Below, in pieces: positions 1 to 10,852 of a stretch of DNA of 64,000 nucleotides. The stretch lies in the NCBI RefSeq assembly GCF_024521635.1, contig NW_026250405.1, positions 1,612,001-1,676,000 on the forward strand, in the 5' to 3' direction. The DNA is from Tricharina praecox (Eukaryota). The position numbers were made by a program, and so were the translations under genes. The number at the start of each line of letters is the position of its first letter. The first letter of the stretch is position 1. The notes under the pieces were generated by a model, which saw only the letters and a program-made list of their open reading frames with translations, did no database searches and had not been told where the DNA came from.

Positions 1-152
1 GTTACCTACAGACATAGAGTACCAACATAGTACTGGGTCGGTATGGTAGGTAGAGAGGTTGTATGGCAACGGAACCTGTATGCCATGAGAATTTCCGGAC
101 TCTAACTAACCCAATTGGACCTAGACTGATCTCTTAGCGTCCGGAAATTCTC

Positions 153-683
153 ATGGCATACAGGTTCCGTTGCCATACAACCTCTCTAGTACAATACATG
201 CCATCGCACGAGTGCGTTGTGCGACATGTGCGCGACATCACTCTGTCACTCGTTGCCCGGCGTTCTCAAGCTGTGAAATTCGGCCCTTTGGTGCTGGTCA
301 CTGCTGCCACTGCCATTACGATTCTTCGATCATACCTACCGTATCCGCCGCTTGCCGTCGCCTGGCTGGGTTCGCAATCGCCCACCCCGCCACTCGTATG
401 TACGGCAACCCGCACAATCGCTGGCCCATCTGGCACCACCCCCGGCGTCTCCATGACCGAGTTCATGTCCACTACCACCACCACCACCATCACCACCACC
501 TCGGCTCTTGCTACGGAAACCGTTACCTTTACCGTCACCGTTACCGTTACCCATTCCCGCGATCATTCGGAAGTCTACTATGTAGATACGCAAGCGCACA
601 TCCGCTGTGTATCATTCGGCGACTGCCGCGTCTCCAGATTTTCTATCATCGACTCGAGCCGATTGAACTCATCACCTGCTTGA
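153..683 (+). CDS. Possible hypothetical protein with a hydrophobic stretch and a Thr-rich tract (may be a non-coding relic)
   Basis: 176-aa ATG ORF with a hydrophobic segment (PLVLVTAATAITIL) and TTTTTTITTTSALATETVTFTVTVTVT, resembling fungal cell-surface Thr-rich linkers. No domain recognised, and an overlapping ORF of similar length exists. Confidence 0.2.
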   Translation: MAYRFRCHTTSLVQYMPSHECVVRHVRDITLSLVARRSQAVKFGPLVLVTAATAITILRSYLPYPPLAVAWLGSQSPTPPLVCTATRTIAGPSGTTPGVSMTEFMSTTTTTTITTTSALATETVTFTVTVTVTHSRDHSEVYYVDTQAHIRCVSFGDCRVSRFSIIDSSRLNSSPA

Positions 684-1374
684 GTGGACTCATCCCATGG
701 GAGCGATTACTACGTAGCAGTAGTACTGCAGTGGGTGGGTGACCATGCGGGAATCCTTGGTACCGTACGGCGTAGTTTTAAAAGCCTTTTATCGTTCTCC
801 TCGCTCTCGAGGTGCTGGCAGAAATCTGCTGCAGAGATCGCAGAGATGCGGTCTAGGTACTCAGTACTCTACCGATAGGTATCCCCATCGATCATGGGAA
901 CCGGTTTCGGCCACCTCCATTAAAGTCAAGCCATTAGAGATCCACCAAGGGATGGAGAAGCTGGGAATTTTACCGGAAGAATCCTCTGCGAAACGGTTTG
1001 AGATTCGCTCAGAGTTATGCACTGGATCTCACTCGCTCAGTTCACGTGATGCTCGGTGATGCATCTTTTTTTCCGGCTCCCATCCCGCCAGATCTCAAGA
1101 GTGAGCGCAGGTATGTACCGAAACCTCCTGTAATGTTGCACCGATTGCTCGTGGATCGTGAATTCTTGAACGACGCAGTGATACACTGAAGGCTGCTCGT
1201 ACTTATGTAGGAGCTTTTAATTTCACGTTTACGCGCGGGATATCGTTTCGCACCATTTATTGCGACTCCTGGGCCTCTCATTCGGAATTTCGTATATAAT
1301 AGACTAGGTAAACAAAAGGAAAATGCTGAGAAGCGCTGAGCGGACTACACTCCCGATGACACAAAATCGTCTCT

Positions 1375-3498
1375 CTAATAGACACCACAGAGCTCCGGAT
1401 GCGCCGGGTTAGTCAAGCACAGCGTCTGCGCGCTGCTATAAGACGGCCTGAACGGCCCTTCCGCAATTGCAGTCCTGCCCTTGCCAGCACACTGCTTCGC
1501 TCCGCTGAGTGCCATGTTCCTGAATACCGTACCGGATATCACCGAGTATCCAGGGAACATGCCATGGTCGGGGTACTTGTCGGAGATGACCATGGCGCAT
1601 CCGCAGTTTTGGTACACGACACACCAGTTATTGAGGATAGTCACGCCGTCGGCGGCCATTGTTGTGCCGTGACGCACGCAGTTCTTGGCGGGGGTTTGTG
1701 TGGTAATCATGGATACTTTGGAGAGACGTTGGCCTTGAACGGTGATACTGAAAATATGTCAGCGGGCTAAAAACCAGCGGGGACAGGGATGGGTGCTTAC
1801 GAGCCGAATGACCAAAGACAGTCTCTCATATCAGCTACACCACCACCATCGGTTCGTGTCTTGCTACAGGCGATCCTTCCATCGGTCTTGCGGGGAAACT
1901 CGGCAGCTATCAAGGGAGATACGCCGGCGGGGTCGGGAATGGGATCGCCGCCGCACGTGGTTGATGCCTTGTGGTTGATATCAGCTATAGTAACATGAGT
2001 CATTGCACGAAGATGACTTACTCGGATTTGAATGCGGAGTTTGATGGTTGAGGTTCCGAATGGTACTTGACCTCTCAGTGTAATCTCTCCTGCAAGTGCT
2101 ATCAGTACGGGCATCTTCTAGCCACGGGAGGAATCCTGTTACTTACTTGCTAACGGGTTCCGTGGCACGTCAAAGTTGATAAAATTCTTGTCGCAAGAAG
2201 CCCCAGGGCTTGAAGGGGTATTACTCATACTCCACCCAGTGACAGAATCCGAATGTGCCTGGATAGTAGCCCCATCCATAGAGATTCCGTTTGCCGGGCC
2301 AACATGCATCAGAGCGAAGATATTGACGGTAAAGTGGGTTGCTCCCGAAGCGATAGTAATAATTTTGGTGGCGGCGAAATTCCGAAACTTACCGCTCCAG
2401 TCGCAGTTACCGCTAGTGGTGGGTGTCTGGCCCGAATCGGGAATACCACTCGGCTTAGGAACGGCGGTCGAGTTGGGGACACCACTCGACCTTGGAACCG
2501 TGGTGGACTTGGGAGTACCACTCGGCCTAGGAACCGTGGTGGACTTGGAAATAACACTCGACCTTGGAACAGTGGCGGACTCGGGAGTATTACTCGACCT
2601 AGGAACCGTGGTGGACTTGGAAGTACCACTCGACCTAGGAACTGTGGTGGACTTGGAAGTACCACTCGACTTAGGAATGGTGGTGGAATTGGGAATAACA
2701 CTCGATCCAGAAACCGCGGTTGAAGCTGTAGAAAGTAGCTCTATACAGTTGCCGACGGCCTCTTCATCTATTAATTCTTCGTCTGTGCTTGCATCTAGCG
2801 GCGATGGCCCAGGAACTGTGGTGGACTTGGAAACACCACTCGATCTAGGGACCGTGGTGGAACCGGCAATACCACTCGAACTTGGAACCGTGGTGGACTT
2901 AGAAACACCACTCGATCTAGGGACCGTGGTGGACTTGGAAGTACCACTCGACCTTGGAACAGTGGTGGACTTGGGAGTACCGCTCGACTCAGAAACCGTG
3001 GTCGAAGCTGTAGAAAGCATCTCTATACAATTGCCGGCCGCCTCCTCATCTACTAATTCTTCGTCTGTGATTTCAGCTCGTGGCGCTAACCCTGCGACGG
3101 GGAGCGGGGAACCAGGCGAGACGACGATGGGGGGTCTAACTAGTTGTTAGCATGCATCGTCATTCGGAGAAGACCAAGTCCACTCACGATATCGGAGGAA
3201 AATCCGCCGCGGAACAGGACTCCGAGTAAGATGACAACAAATCCGTCGGAATTGGGATTGGAATAGAGCGAGGGAGAATAACTGGCGGGCCTCCTGGGAA
3301 GTTTCCGGCTGTCGGAGCTATGGCAGGTACGGCGATTGTAGGGCTGGGGGCCACCTTCGGGGTTACAGTGGTAATTCCAGATGATTGATCAAGAGGAAAG
3401 GCATGAGTAGTGAGAGAGAGGAACGAGAGTGTGAAGAAGAAAAGAATGTGTGCAGCGGTAGGTGCACCGAAACGGCTACGTGGCGTGAAGGGAATCAT
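1375..3498 (-). CDS. Secreted protein (~635 aa) with Ser/Thr-rich 12-aa tandem repeats, a beta-rich middle domain and a Cys-rich C-terminal domain
   Basis: Five exons join in frame: 3498-3188, 3135-2147, 2089-2022, 1967-1801, 1747-1375. Donors are GTGAGT/GTAAGT/GTAAGT/GTAAGC, with CTAAC/CTGAT/CTGAC branch sites and AG acceptors. N-terminal signal peptide (HILFFFTLSFLSLTTHA-FP); 9 Cys in the last ~150 aa. The model unites four separate ORFs of the track. Confidence 0.8.
2440..3000 (-). repeat. Coding 36-bp minisatellite (STTVPRSSGTSK-like unit) in two blocks
   Basis: Repeating ACCACTCGACCTAGGAACCGTGGTGGACTTGGAAGT-like unit on the + strand. Each of the two arrays is preceded by a TDEEL(V/I)DEEA(A/V)GNCIE(M/L)LSTAST module. 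Confidence 0.9.
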
Positions 3499-4697
3499 TG
3501 TGGAGGTGAGCTGCTGGCTCAACTGGCTTTGTTACGGCGTACAGATCGGTATATACGTACTGCTGGTGGTGTCCTCCATGAGCGGGGCAGCTCTACATAT
3601 GTTAACCGCAGTAGGTTTCCTGCTTCCACAACATCGAGAACAGCTGTGATCGCCTAGCCATTTCCCATAGCCCCTCTAGATCTCTTCGTCCACGAACCTG
3701 ACTCGTAAAGGCATCAGCAGTGGGTTTTCCACTACTAGGGTTCTCTCCATTGCCTCACCGGCGGGAGCAGAATTTCCCGATAGTGGCGGCCCCCGGTCGT
3801 GTGGCATATTGGGCAAGGAGAGAACAACCAGATATCGACGAAAATAAACCTTTGATTGCAGGTAATCAGGGTGAGGCGAACGAGGCGCAGGGCTCCCGGG
3901 TCCCAAAAAAAAGCTAACTGGCGGGGTGGCATTTTGAGACAGAGGGGCAACGACGAATTGCCGTCACAATGTCGGGGCCAGTGACAAGGCGCTGGGGCCA
4001 GGGGCGCGACAAGGCGTAGGTACTATGTGTACAGTATGGACGATCATGATCGCCGGTCAACCAAGGCCAAGCCGGCTTCGGGCCCGGGCCCCTCATGGGT
4101 GCAACAATACGGTATACCTAACAGTCGGCATCCCGGAGCTTCGGCACTATCGTAATTCAATATTCAAACTCCAAGGCAGTAAGGCACTACCATTTCGGCG
4201 TGAGGCTTCGAGTTACAAATTACAATTTGTGGTCATATGCAGCCCTTGGGGGATGCATTGGAGATATCTGTTCAGGCACTCGCGCAGCTACGCCCAGCCA
4301 GATATCAGGCGGTGACGATGTTCCGCAACCCGCCAGCATAGTTCAGGCAGGATGAGATGGTTATGGGTCTTCTAGCAAAGGAGGAAGGGCGAATGGACTG
4401 TAATCTCCGGATACAAGTCGAGCCCCCGGTGTGCATGCATGGGCACCGGAAGCAAGCGTCCCTCAAAAGAAGAGAGCGTCCCTATGTCAGTGAAGAAGAT
4501 ATGGTGGGAAGGAACGTCACAGTGACGAAACAGTGGTGGAATCATATTCTGATTTTATGCGTATATATCAGTCTTTTCCAAATTTCCTATCACAACCGTA
4601 CCCAGATTCTCCAGTGTTTCCTCAGTATATGTATATGTATCGAGTTTGTTTTGTAAACACACAGGTGCTCGTGTATGTACACGGCTACATCGGAAAA

Positions 4698-5510
4698 TCA
4701 AGACAGGATAGTGAAATCTAGCTCTGGTGGCTCTCCCTCTCCAATTTCTGCATAACGCATAAGTATCTCTCCCGAACGTGCACCAATGAAATCGTTCTCG
4801 ATATAACCCTCTAGGAAACGTTCATTTTCAAGATAATATGCTCGTAGACCATGTAGCAAGTCGAGGAATCGTATGCCCGTACACATCTTGCCCGCGTTGT
4901 GAGGGAAGTCTTCGACATATAGCACCAGCGGAGGTTCGCGCTCGTCCTCATCGTCCTCATCGTCGTCTACGCCGTGAGATTCGTCCTCGTCGTTTGGTGC
5001 TTGATCCCCACTTCCATGCTCGGTTCCGCTCTCTTTGCCAGCTAGAGTGGTCTTGCCCCCGACAGAACGGCATACGAGGTGCAGGTATTGAAGACTCGGT
5101 TCTTCCTGCTCGATTATACCAGGATATACCATAGCCTCATGTAGTGGAGGCCAAGAGATGAATTGCATTCTCCACGAAGCTTCCTGGGCTGCCATCGGGC
5201 TGAGGTGTGATGCTGTGGTGAAGTCCGGCGAGTTGACCTCAGATACTTCGAGAGATGGAAACCACCGCAGACGATCGATGACAAACGAATTTAGGATGCG
5301 CGGAGTCTCAGCGACTTCGGCAACTCTGGCGTTGGAGGCGAATATTGCTCGTTGAAGTGGCGGTAGAGTCGTGATCAGTGAGTGCCAGACGGAGCTGACA
5401 CGTTGAAGGCGCAGCAAGTCGCCTTGCGGGAGGAAGCGGAGAATATTGGAAAGCAACTCTGGAGTACTGAGGACTTCTCCCCGCCGACTCTCGGTAGGTT
5501 CGTGGTCCAT
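4698..5510 (-). CDS. F-box domain protein (270 aa, intronless)
   Basis: N-terminal VLSTPELLSNILRFLPQGDLLRLQRVSSVWHSLITTLPPLQRAIF is a typical fungal F-box. The downstream 'EASWRMQFISWPP' resembles the motif that follows the F-box in expanded ascomycete families. Contains an acidic loop. Confidence 0.85.
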   Translation of the reverse strand: MDHEPTESRRGEVLSTPELLSNILRFLPQGDLLRLQRVSSVWHSLITTLPPLQRAIFASNARVAEVAETPRILNSFVIDRLRWFPSLEVSEVNSPDFTTASHLSPMAAQEASWRMQFISWPPLHEAMVYPGIIEQEEPSLQYLHLVCRSVGGKTTLAGKESGTEHGSGDQAPNDEDESHGVDDDEDDEDEREPPLVLYVEDFPHNAGKMCTGIRFLDLLHGLRAYYLENERFLEGYIENDFIGARSGEILMRYAEIGEGEPPELDFTILS

Positions 5511-6304
5511 TCAGCTTGCGGTGCGATAGCGGTCGGGAATGTGTTTGCGATGATGGCGGTGGGGATCAAAAGTGAGAGTGGCTTGAGGTTGGGTGTGAAT
5601 GTCGATAGAATACTCTAAAGTAAGTAGGTAACTTTAGTGCCTTACATCCTACCGATGCAAGCGCCTTGCGAACCCCGCCCGACAATCCTCCACTATAACT
5701 CCTACATGTGAATACCACCTAGGCACCCCCATACAGCCCAGGGCAGTCCATACCGCTCTTTTGCTTGCATCAGTGTCCCCAAGGAATCCACCGACCCTCC
5801 AATAACTGCCGTGTACATCACTATTATGGAAGGCCGAAATTGTCATTCATAGTGCCCACAGTTGCAGGGACGTGGATAGGATCACCGGATCCTGGGAGAT
5901 CTTACTGCAAGGTACCCGCAATTCTGCTCAGCCGAGAGAACCGCCACATACTGCGCATATCATCTGAGTTGTCTCCCTCTCCCACCGTATTACAAGGCAA
6001 CATGCTGATCCTCTATCTTACTGCAGCACGCTTATGTACAGCCAATATGATCGGAGTGGTACTAGACACTAAGGTCTTCAGTGTTGCTCCCATGGTGTGG
6101 CATTGTATCAAGTCATGATGACCCCGTAAACACGATCGCCTCGTTCCGTCTCTGGCCTCTCTACTGATGCAGTGCCTTAGTATGAACCGAACTGATGAGG
6201 AATAGCCGAGCGTATCATCTGCTCCATGGGAACAGTATGTATACCAGCCGCATCGCCGGTTGTGTTTGTAGGAGCACTCTCGCCATCCTCCAATTATCTT
6301 CAAG

Positions 6305-7572
6305 ATGTGGTTCCAAATGCTCTCGCTCTCCTCTTCTCTTCTCCTCCTTTGCGAACTGGCCCTTACTACCGCCGTCAGTTTCGACCGGATTACATCCGTC
6401 GTCAATGGTGCGGCGGAATACTCAGGCACAGCCGTTTCCGTATTCAACCCTCTTCCAACCTTGATGTACAACTGCGACGAGATGCCGGCGATTTGCAAAA
6501 ACGTCGAACAGTACATGAATACCAACAACCTTGCTCCTATGGGAGCCGGCTGGGAGTTCCATTATCACAACAGTCCGGGCAGTAAAGGACATACCAAGAG
6601 AAGAGGCTCCGCTGTTTGTCCAAGTACCTGGGCAAAGAATAGGGTTCCTCAATGCGGCACCGATCCCACGCAACCGAACGTCGTCCCGGGCAACCTTCCT
6701 CCCATCGTCATGGCCAAAACTGCGGCGGGCTTAGGGAAGTTCAATTACGAGATCCCCGACACGACCGGAGCCTCTAGTGGTATGGCATTTACCTGTGACG
6801 AGTTCCCAGCGAGATCGTGAGTGTCCCAAACAGTGCCCCACCTAAGTACCAGATATTTACTTTTTTTTTTGCAGTTGGATTGAAGGGGGAACTGGTCCAC
6901 AAGGCCGAACAACATCGACATACTGCGCGCCCAAACAGGTCTCTTGTGCGGGCACTCAATGGAAGGCTGTGCTGGCTACGAACCCGAATTACCCTGACAC
7001 TGCGAGCGAGCAGGACTGGCAAGGAAGGGCCCACGCTTTCATTGGGGTATGTAATTATGTGGTGGCTTTGCTACTTAGCATACATTGTACTGACTGTGGT
7101 GCTCCCATAGGCTTATGCGGCGGCCAGAAGTGCTGATGTGATGAAATTTCACTTCACTACCACGCGCATGGGCACCAACGCCGTTCGAACCGCTGTTCAG
7201 GTTATTCTACCCCAATACGAAAAGTTAACGACAAAAACTCTTGTGAAAACGACGATCACCTCTACCCTGACCATCGTGGCGAACACGAAAATTGCCCCCG
7301 TGCGTAGAGACAACCAAGATAATGCCAATCCCGCTGCTGAGCCAACAACGAAGACGACGATGGCAACACCGACACCGGCGTCGGCGGCGGGTTTCATGAG
7401 TGCGAAGAACGCTAAATGCAGGGGTGGTTTCTGTGATCACTTGGAGAAAATGATGCGTTCCGCAATTCCTGCGCAACGGCGTCGTGCACGCTCGTTGCCC
7501 GAGACGACGCAAAGGCCGGCGAATGATGATCCTCAGATGCCTGGGTTTGTCGTCGTGGACATCATGGTGTAG
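6305..7572 (+). CDS. Secreted NucA/NucB-type deoxyribonuclease-domain protein (~381 aa)
   Basis: Exons 6305-6816, 6875-7046 and 7111-7572 join in frame (GTGAGT..GCAG; GTATGT..CTGAC..TAG). Signal peptide present. YNCDEMPAICKNV, TCDEFPARS|WIEGG (matching the CDE[YF]PxxSxxEGG family motif) and SEQDWQG; Thr-rich tail. Confidence 0.78.
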
Positions 7573-9570
7573 GTTAGCTCGGACTATTGGGATATTATGG
7601 GTGGTGGCGAGGGGTATTTGTGGCTGGCAAATTGGTACGGAAAGGATGATGTATTGCTTTTTGTTTTGTGATTAGTAGTTAGCTTTTGTACTGCAGTTAT
7701 GTACCGTAAAACCGTCCCGTAAGCCACACCTTAAGGCGACGTCCATCGTACATAGCTGCCTCATAATTCACCTAAAAATCTATTCTGTTTCCGCCTCGAC
7801 TTATCACGTCTTCCCGTTGCTCGGATGTGACATTCAATCGCCTAGGTTGCGGCTACCTAACTAGATTTTCCTTCTCAATCTAGCACAGAAGGCCGATATT
7901 GAGCTGCCTCACAGCACTGATTCCATTCACTGAAAAGGTGAAGAGACTACACCCTCATATCACTGCCTGTCATAACATCCAACCACGCAAATAATGCCTT
8001 CTCATTTTTCGACCAGGGTCCTCTATATGAATCTGCCTTCCTTCCTAACGATTCTCCGGATATCTCAAGATCAGGTACTCTGTTTACTCTGCTTGATCAA
8101 CGACGACGAAGTGATTTCGAACATGCCGGTCCCAGGATTCCCGGAGCCGATCCAAGGCCGCTAAACGCAGATCCGGGGAAGAACGAGGTGGAGAGAGCTT
8201 AGCGGCTGATTAGTCTTTCCATGGTTAGCGTAACTTCACTCATCTGGTCTGTGCTATGTATTTTTCACAACGCACGACTGGAGACGAATCGGCCATTCAA
8301 CAATTATGCGACCAAAGCAAATCCTCAGTAAAACTATTTTGGTAATAACACTACAATATTGCGGGGTGCGTTCTTTTTCTACCCACTTTCTGTCATGTTA
8401 TGTCCATTGTCTTCGTCGCGTCGACGCGTAAGATGCACATTTTTTTCTGCAGAATTGCTGTGACTGGAGAGGGCATCACGTAGTTAACGTGACTTGAAGG
8501 GTAATTATCAGATAACTTTTCAGCCCCAAGGAGGGCATTCTGTGCTTTTGCTCATTCTCCTTCACACTCGGTGACGCTGACTAAAGCGGGCCGGTGTATG
8601 CAATATCCATCCCTTCCAATTCCAATTTCAGTCCAGCTACCGGTACGGGATCCTCAAGGTTTTGCCCCATCAAAAGCCCGAACGCCTTGTGCGTTTCGTC
8701 CTCCGCCCCGACATTTCCGGAAGTTAGATCACCCAGGTATATATACCGGCATCGGATACTTAAATGCCCCTTACACACTCGGATACTCTTCTTCGTGGAA
8801 CCACCGTGTAACCCAACAGTTGAAAATTAATCACCGATTCACCGAGAACACCTTAAAGTTATCGCCTTGTAGTTATTGCATTAATGGTTATAGACGCCAA
8901 TTATACTATGTAGCCGAATACCAGCCCGGATGAATCACTGATTGAGGTAGCATAACGTATGTACATCGGACCACCGAGAAGAAAGGAACAAATTAAAGAA
9001 GGAAGTAGATTCTATATCAGCAAATAAAAATGCCGGTAAACCAATTCCATTGCGACACTCGGATTCGACATTATCAGCTGTTCCCGCGACGCCTGCCTAC
9101 GGGCTATGCTATAAGGTATTATTGATTGCTTGGCCCCACGGCCAGCCCTATGTACATATAGATCTTCAGTGGAGGAGTCATCTGAATATATGTCCTGGTA
9201 GAGTTGGGCGTTGATATATGTCAATGCTCGGTATAAGCATATGCCTACCAATAGATTGAACAGGATGGCCGCGTCCTACGCCGGCGCAGGTACGATAATC
9301 CCCGCATGATAGTCGTGCCTGCGCACTGGTGGGCGCAGCCGCGCAGTAGTGATAGCTTATTTCAAAGTTCCGCAATAGCACGACTTTGGCAGATTAAAAC
9401 TGGCATCGCCGCCGGACAAGGCACGATGAGGCTAGAGTTACAACTGGGGTACTTAAGTATGTACAAGCAGCTTTATATCACCATAAATCATGTCTCTTCG
9501 GCTAGCTCTAGCGGCAGGTTCTCGCAGTTCTTCTTCTTCTTCATCTATGATCTATCCACATCACATCACC

Positions 9571-10147
9571 ATGCTCGCCTTCATATTCGTACATAGCCCT
9601 TCTGGGCGCTACCGCCGGTATCGTAACCTCATCGAACCTTGCGAAGTGTCAGTGGGTAGGCGTGGGTGGTTGCAGTGGACAACATCCGGTTTCGAGGCGC
9701 GATTGCCAGTTTTGCTGCAATGGATGTAACCGCAGTGGGACGGGATGCTGTCCCGCCGGGGCCTTTTGTTTATAGGCTTCGTGCATGTAGATTCTAATGT
9801 GGTTGAAGAGAAGATCCGTGTGGTCTTTGTGGGTTGCAATACATAAGGTCGTATTCACTCGCGGGACTCATTGCAAGTCACTCTTTCCTCCACCTATGCC
9901 AGACGTGTAGCGGGCTGAAGACGTGTGTATTGGCGGATCCCAGAGGCCGCTGAGGAAGATGCAGCAAGCGAGGTGTCCGAGTGGAACTCGGGAGCTAAGG
10001 GAGCGGGAAGAAATGGAGGCGGAGCTGAGGCGAGAGGAGGAGGAGGGGGGTGCTGGGGTTGAGGAGCCGGGATCACCCCCGCTGCTCCTCCCCACACCCA
10101 CCTTCATGGAATCTCCTGGGGAAGAGGCAGGAGGTGAGGCGGAGTAG
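9571..10147 (+). pseudogene. Possible disrupted gene for a small secreted Cys-rich protein
   Basis: One frame reads YIALLGATAGIVTSSNLAKCQWVGVGGCSGQHPVSRRDCQFCCNGCNRSGTGCCPAGAFCL* and continues to 10147 with three internal TAG codons. The nearest ATG (9571, CACCATG) is 1 nt out of frame. Confidence 0.3.
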
Positions 10148-10230
10148 GGAACGGAATTGTCTTGTTCTAGTGTCATATCTTTGGTATGCTCTACTTATGT
10201 AGCTGGAACAGCCCAGGGCGGAGGGCGGGG

Positions 10231-10852
10231 GAAGCCACACCGGGCTGCTCGATGAAAGTTGGGATGGACAGCAGCGAGGAAACGGAGTGTGAACATGTAT
10301 ATTGCCATGATCTAGCTGGTCGCATGCAATCAGAGATTAAACAAAAATCTTACATCGCTTTGGCACTCTGGCAGAAGCGACGTTTATATAAGGAAGATGG
10401 TGGAAATACAGTCTCCTATTATTGGATTATCCTGCAAGGAAAGTAGTAGCCGTGTGCTCTTTGGAGCACCAGTTGATAAATTGCAGAACGCTTCTTCAAT
10501 CACGAAAAAAGCCCCCGCGTGGCCTTGTGACCACGCACCCGGCGGAGGAGGATTAAACACCAATTCAATTTCTAGGGGCTTCCAAGCTACCCATCGGGGT
10601 GACAAAGGTTTTTGTTTTTTGTGTTGGTTCCCCACCACAGTAGAGTAGGTACCAACTTTTGCCAGAGTCTAGCACAGTATATCACTCGATGTGTGAGTGA
10701 TCCCACACGATGCAGAAGTCTTGCATCACTATTTCGAAAGCCACGTCGGGGCGCTCGATGAAAGTTGGGTTGAACAGTGGTGTAGAGCAGGAGTGTAGAT
10801 GTGTTGCCATGATCTAGCTAAATCGCATGTAATCAATGATTAAACAAAAAAA
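10231..10852. repeat. Degenerate ~115-bp direct repeat pair (10231-10348 and 10737-10852)
   Basis: Shared blocks in the same order: AAGCCAC, GCTCGATGAAAGTTGGG, GGAGTGT, TTGCCATGATCTAGCT, TCGCATG, GATTAAACAAAAA. Confidence 0.8.

Noticed and set aside
2440..3000. 36-bp periodic array resembling a CRISPR
   Set aside because: Units are contiguous with no unique spacers, lie inside a spliced eukaryotic CDS, and there are no cas genes.
2176..3150. 324-aa + strand ORF with LDLGTVVDLE repeats
   Set aside because: Antisense shadow of the coding minisatellite. The minus strand carries the signal peptide, splice sites and ATG.
9012..9251. EDLYVHRAGRG resembles helicase motif VI
   Set aside because: Isolated in a 79-aa ORF with no other helicase motifs in neighbouring frames; probably chance.
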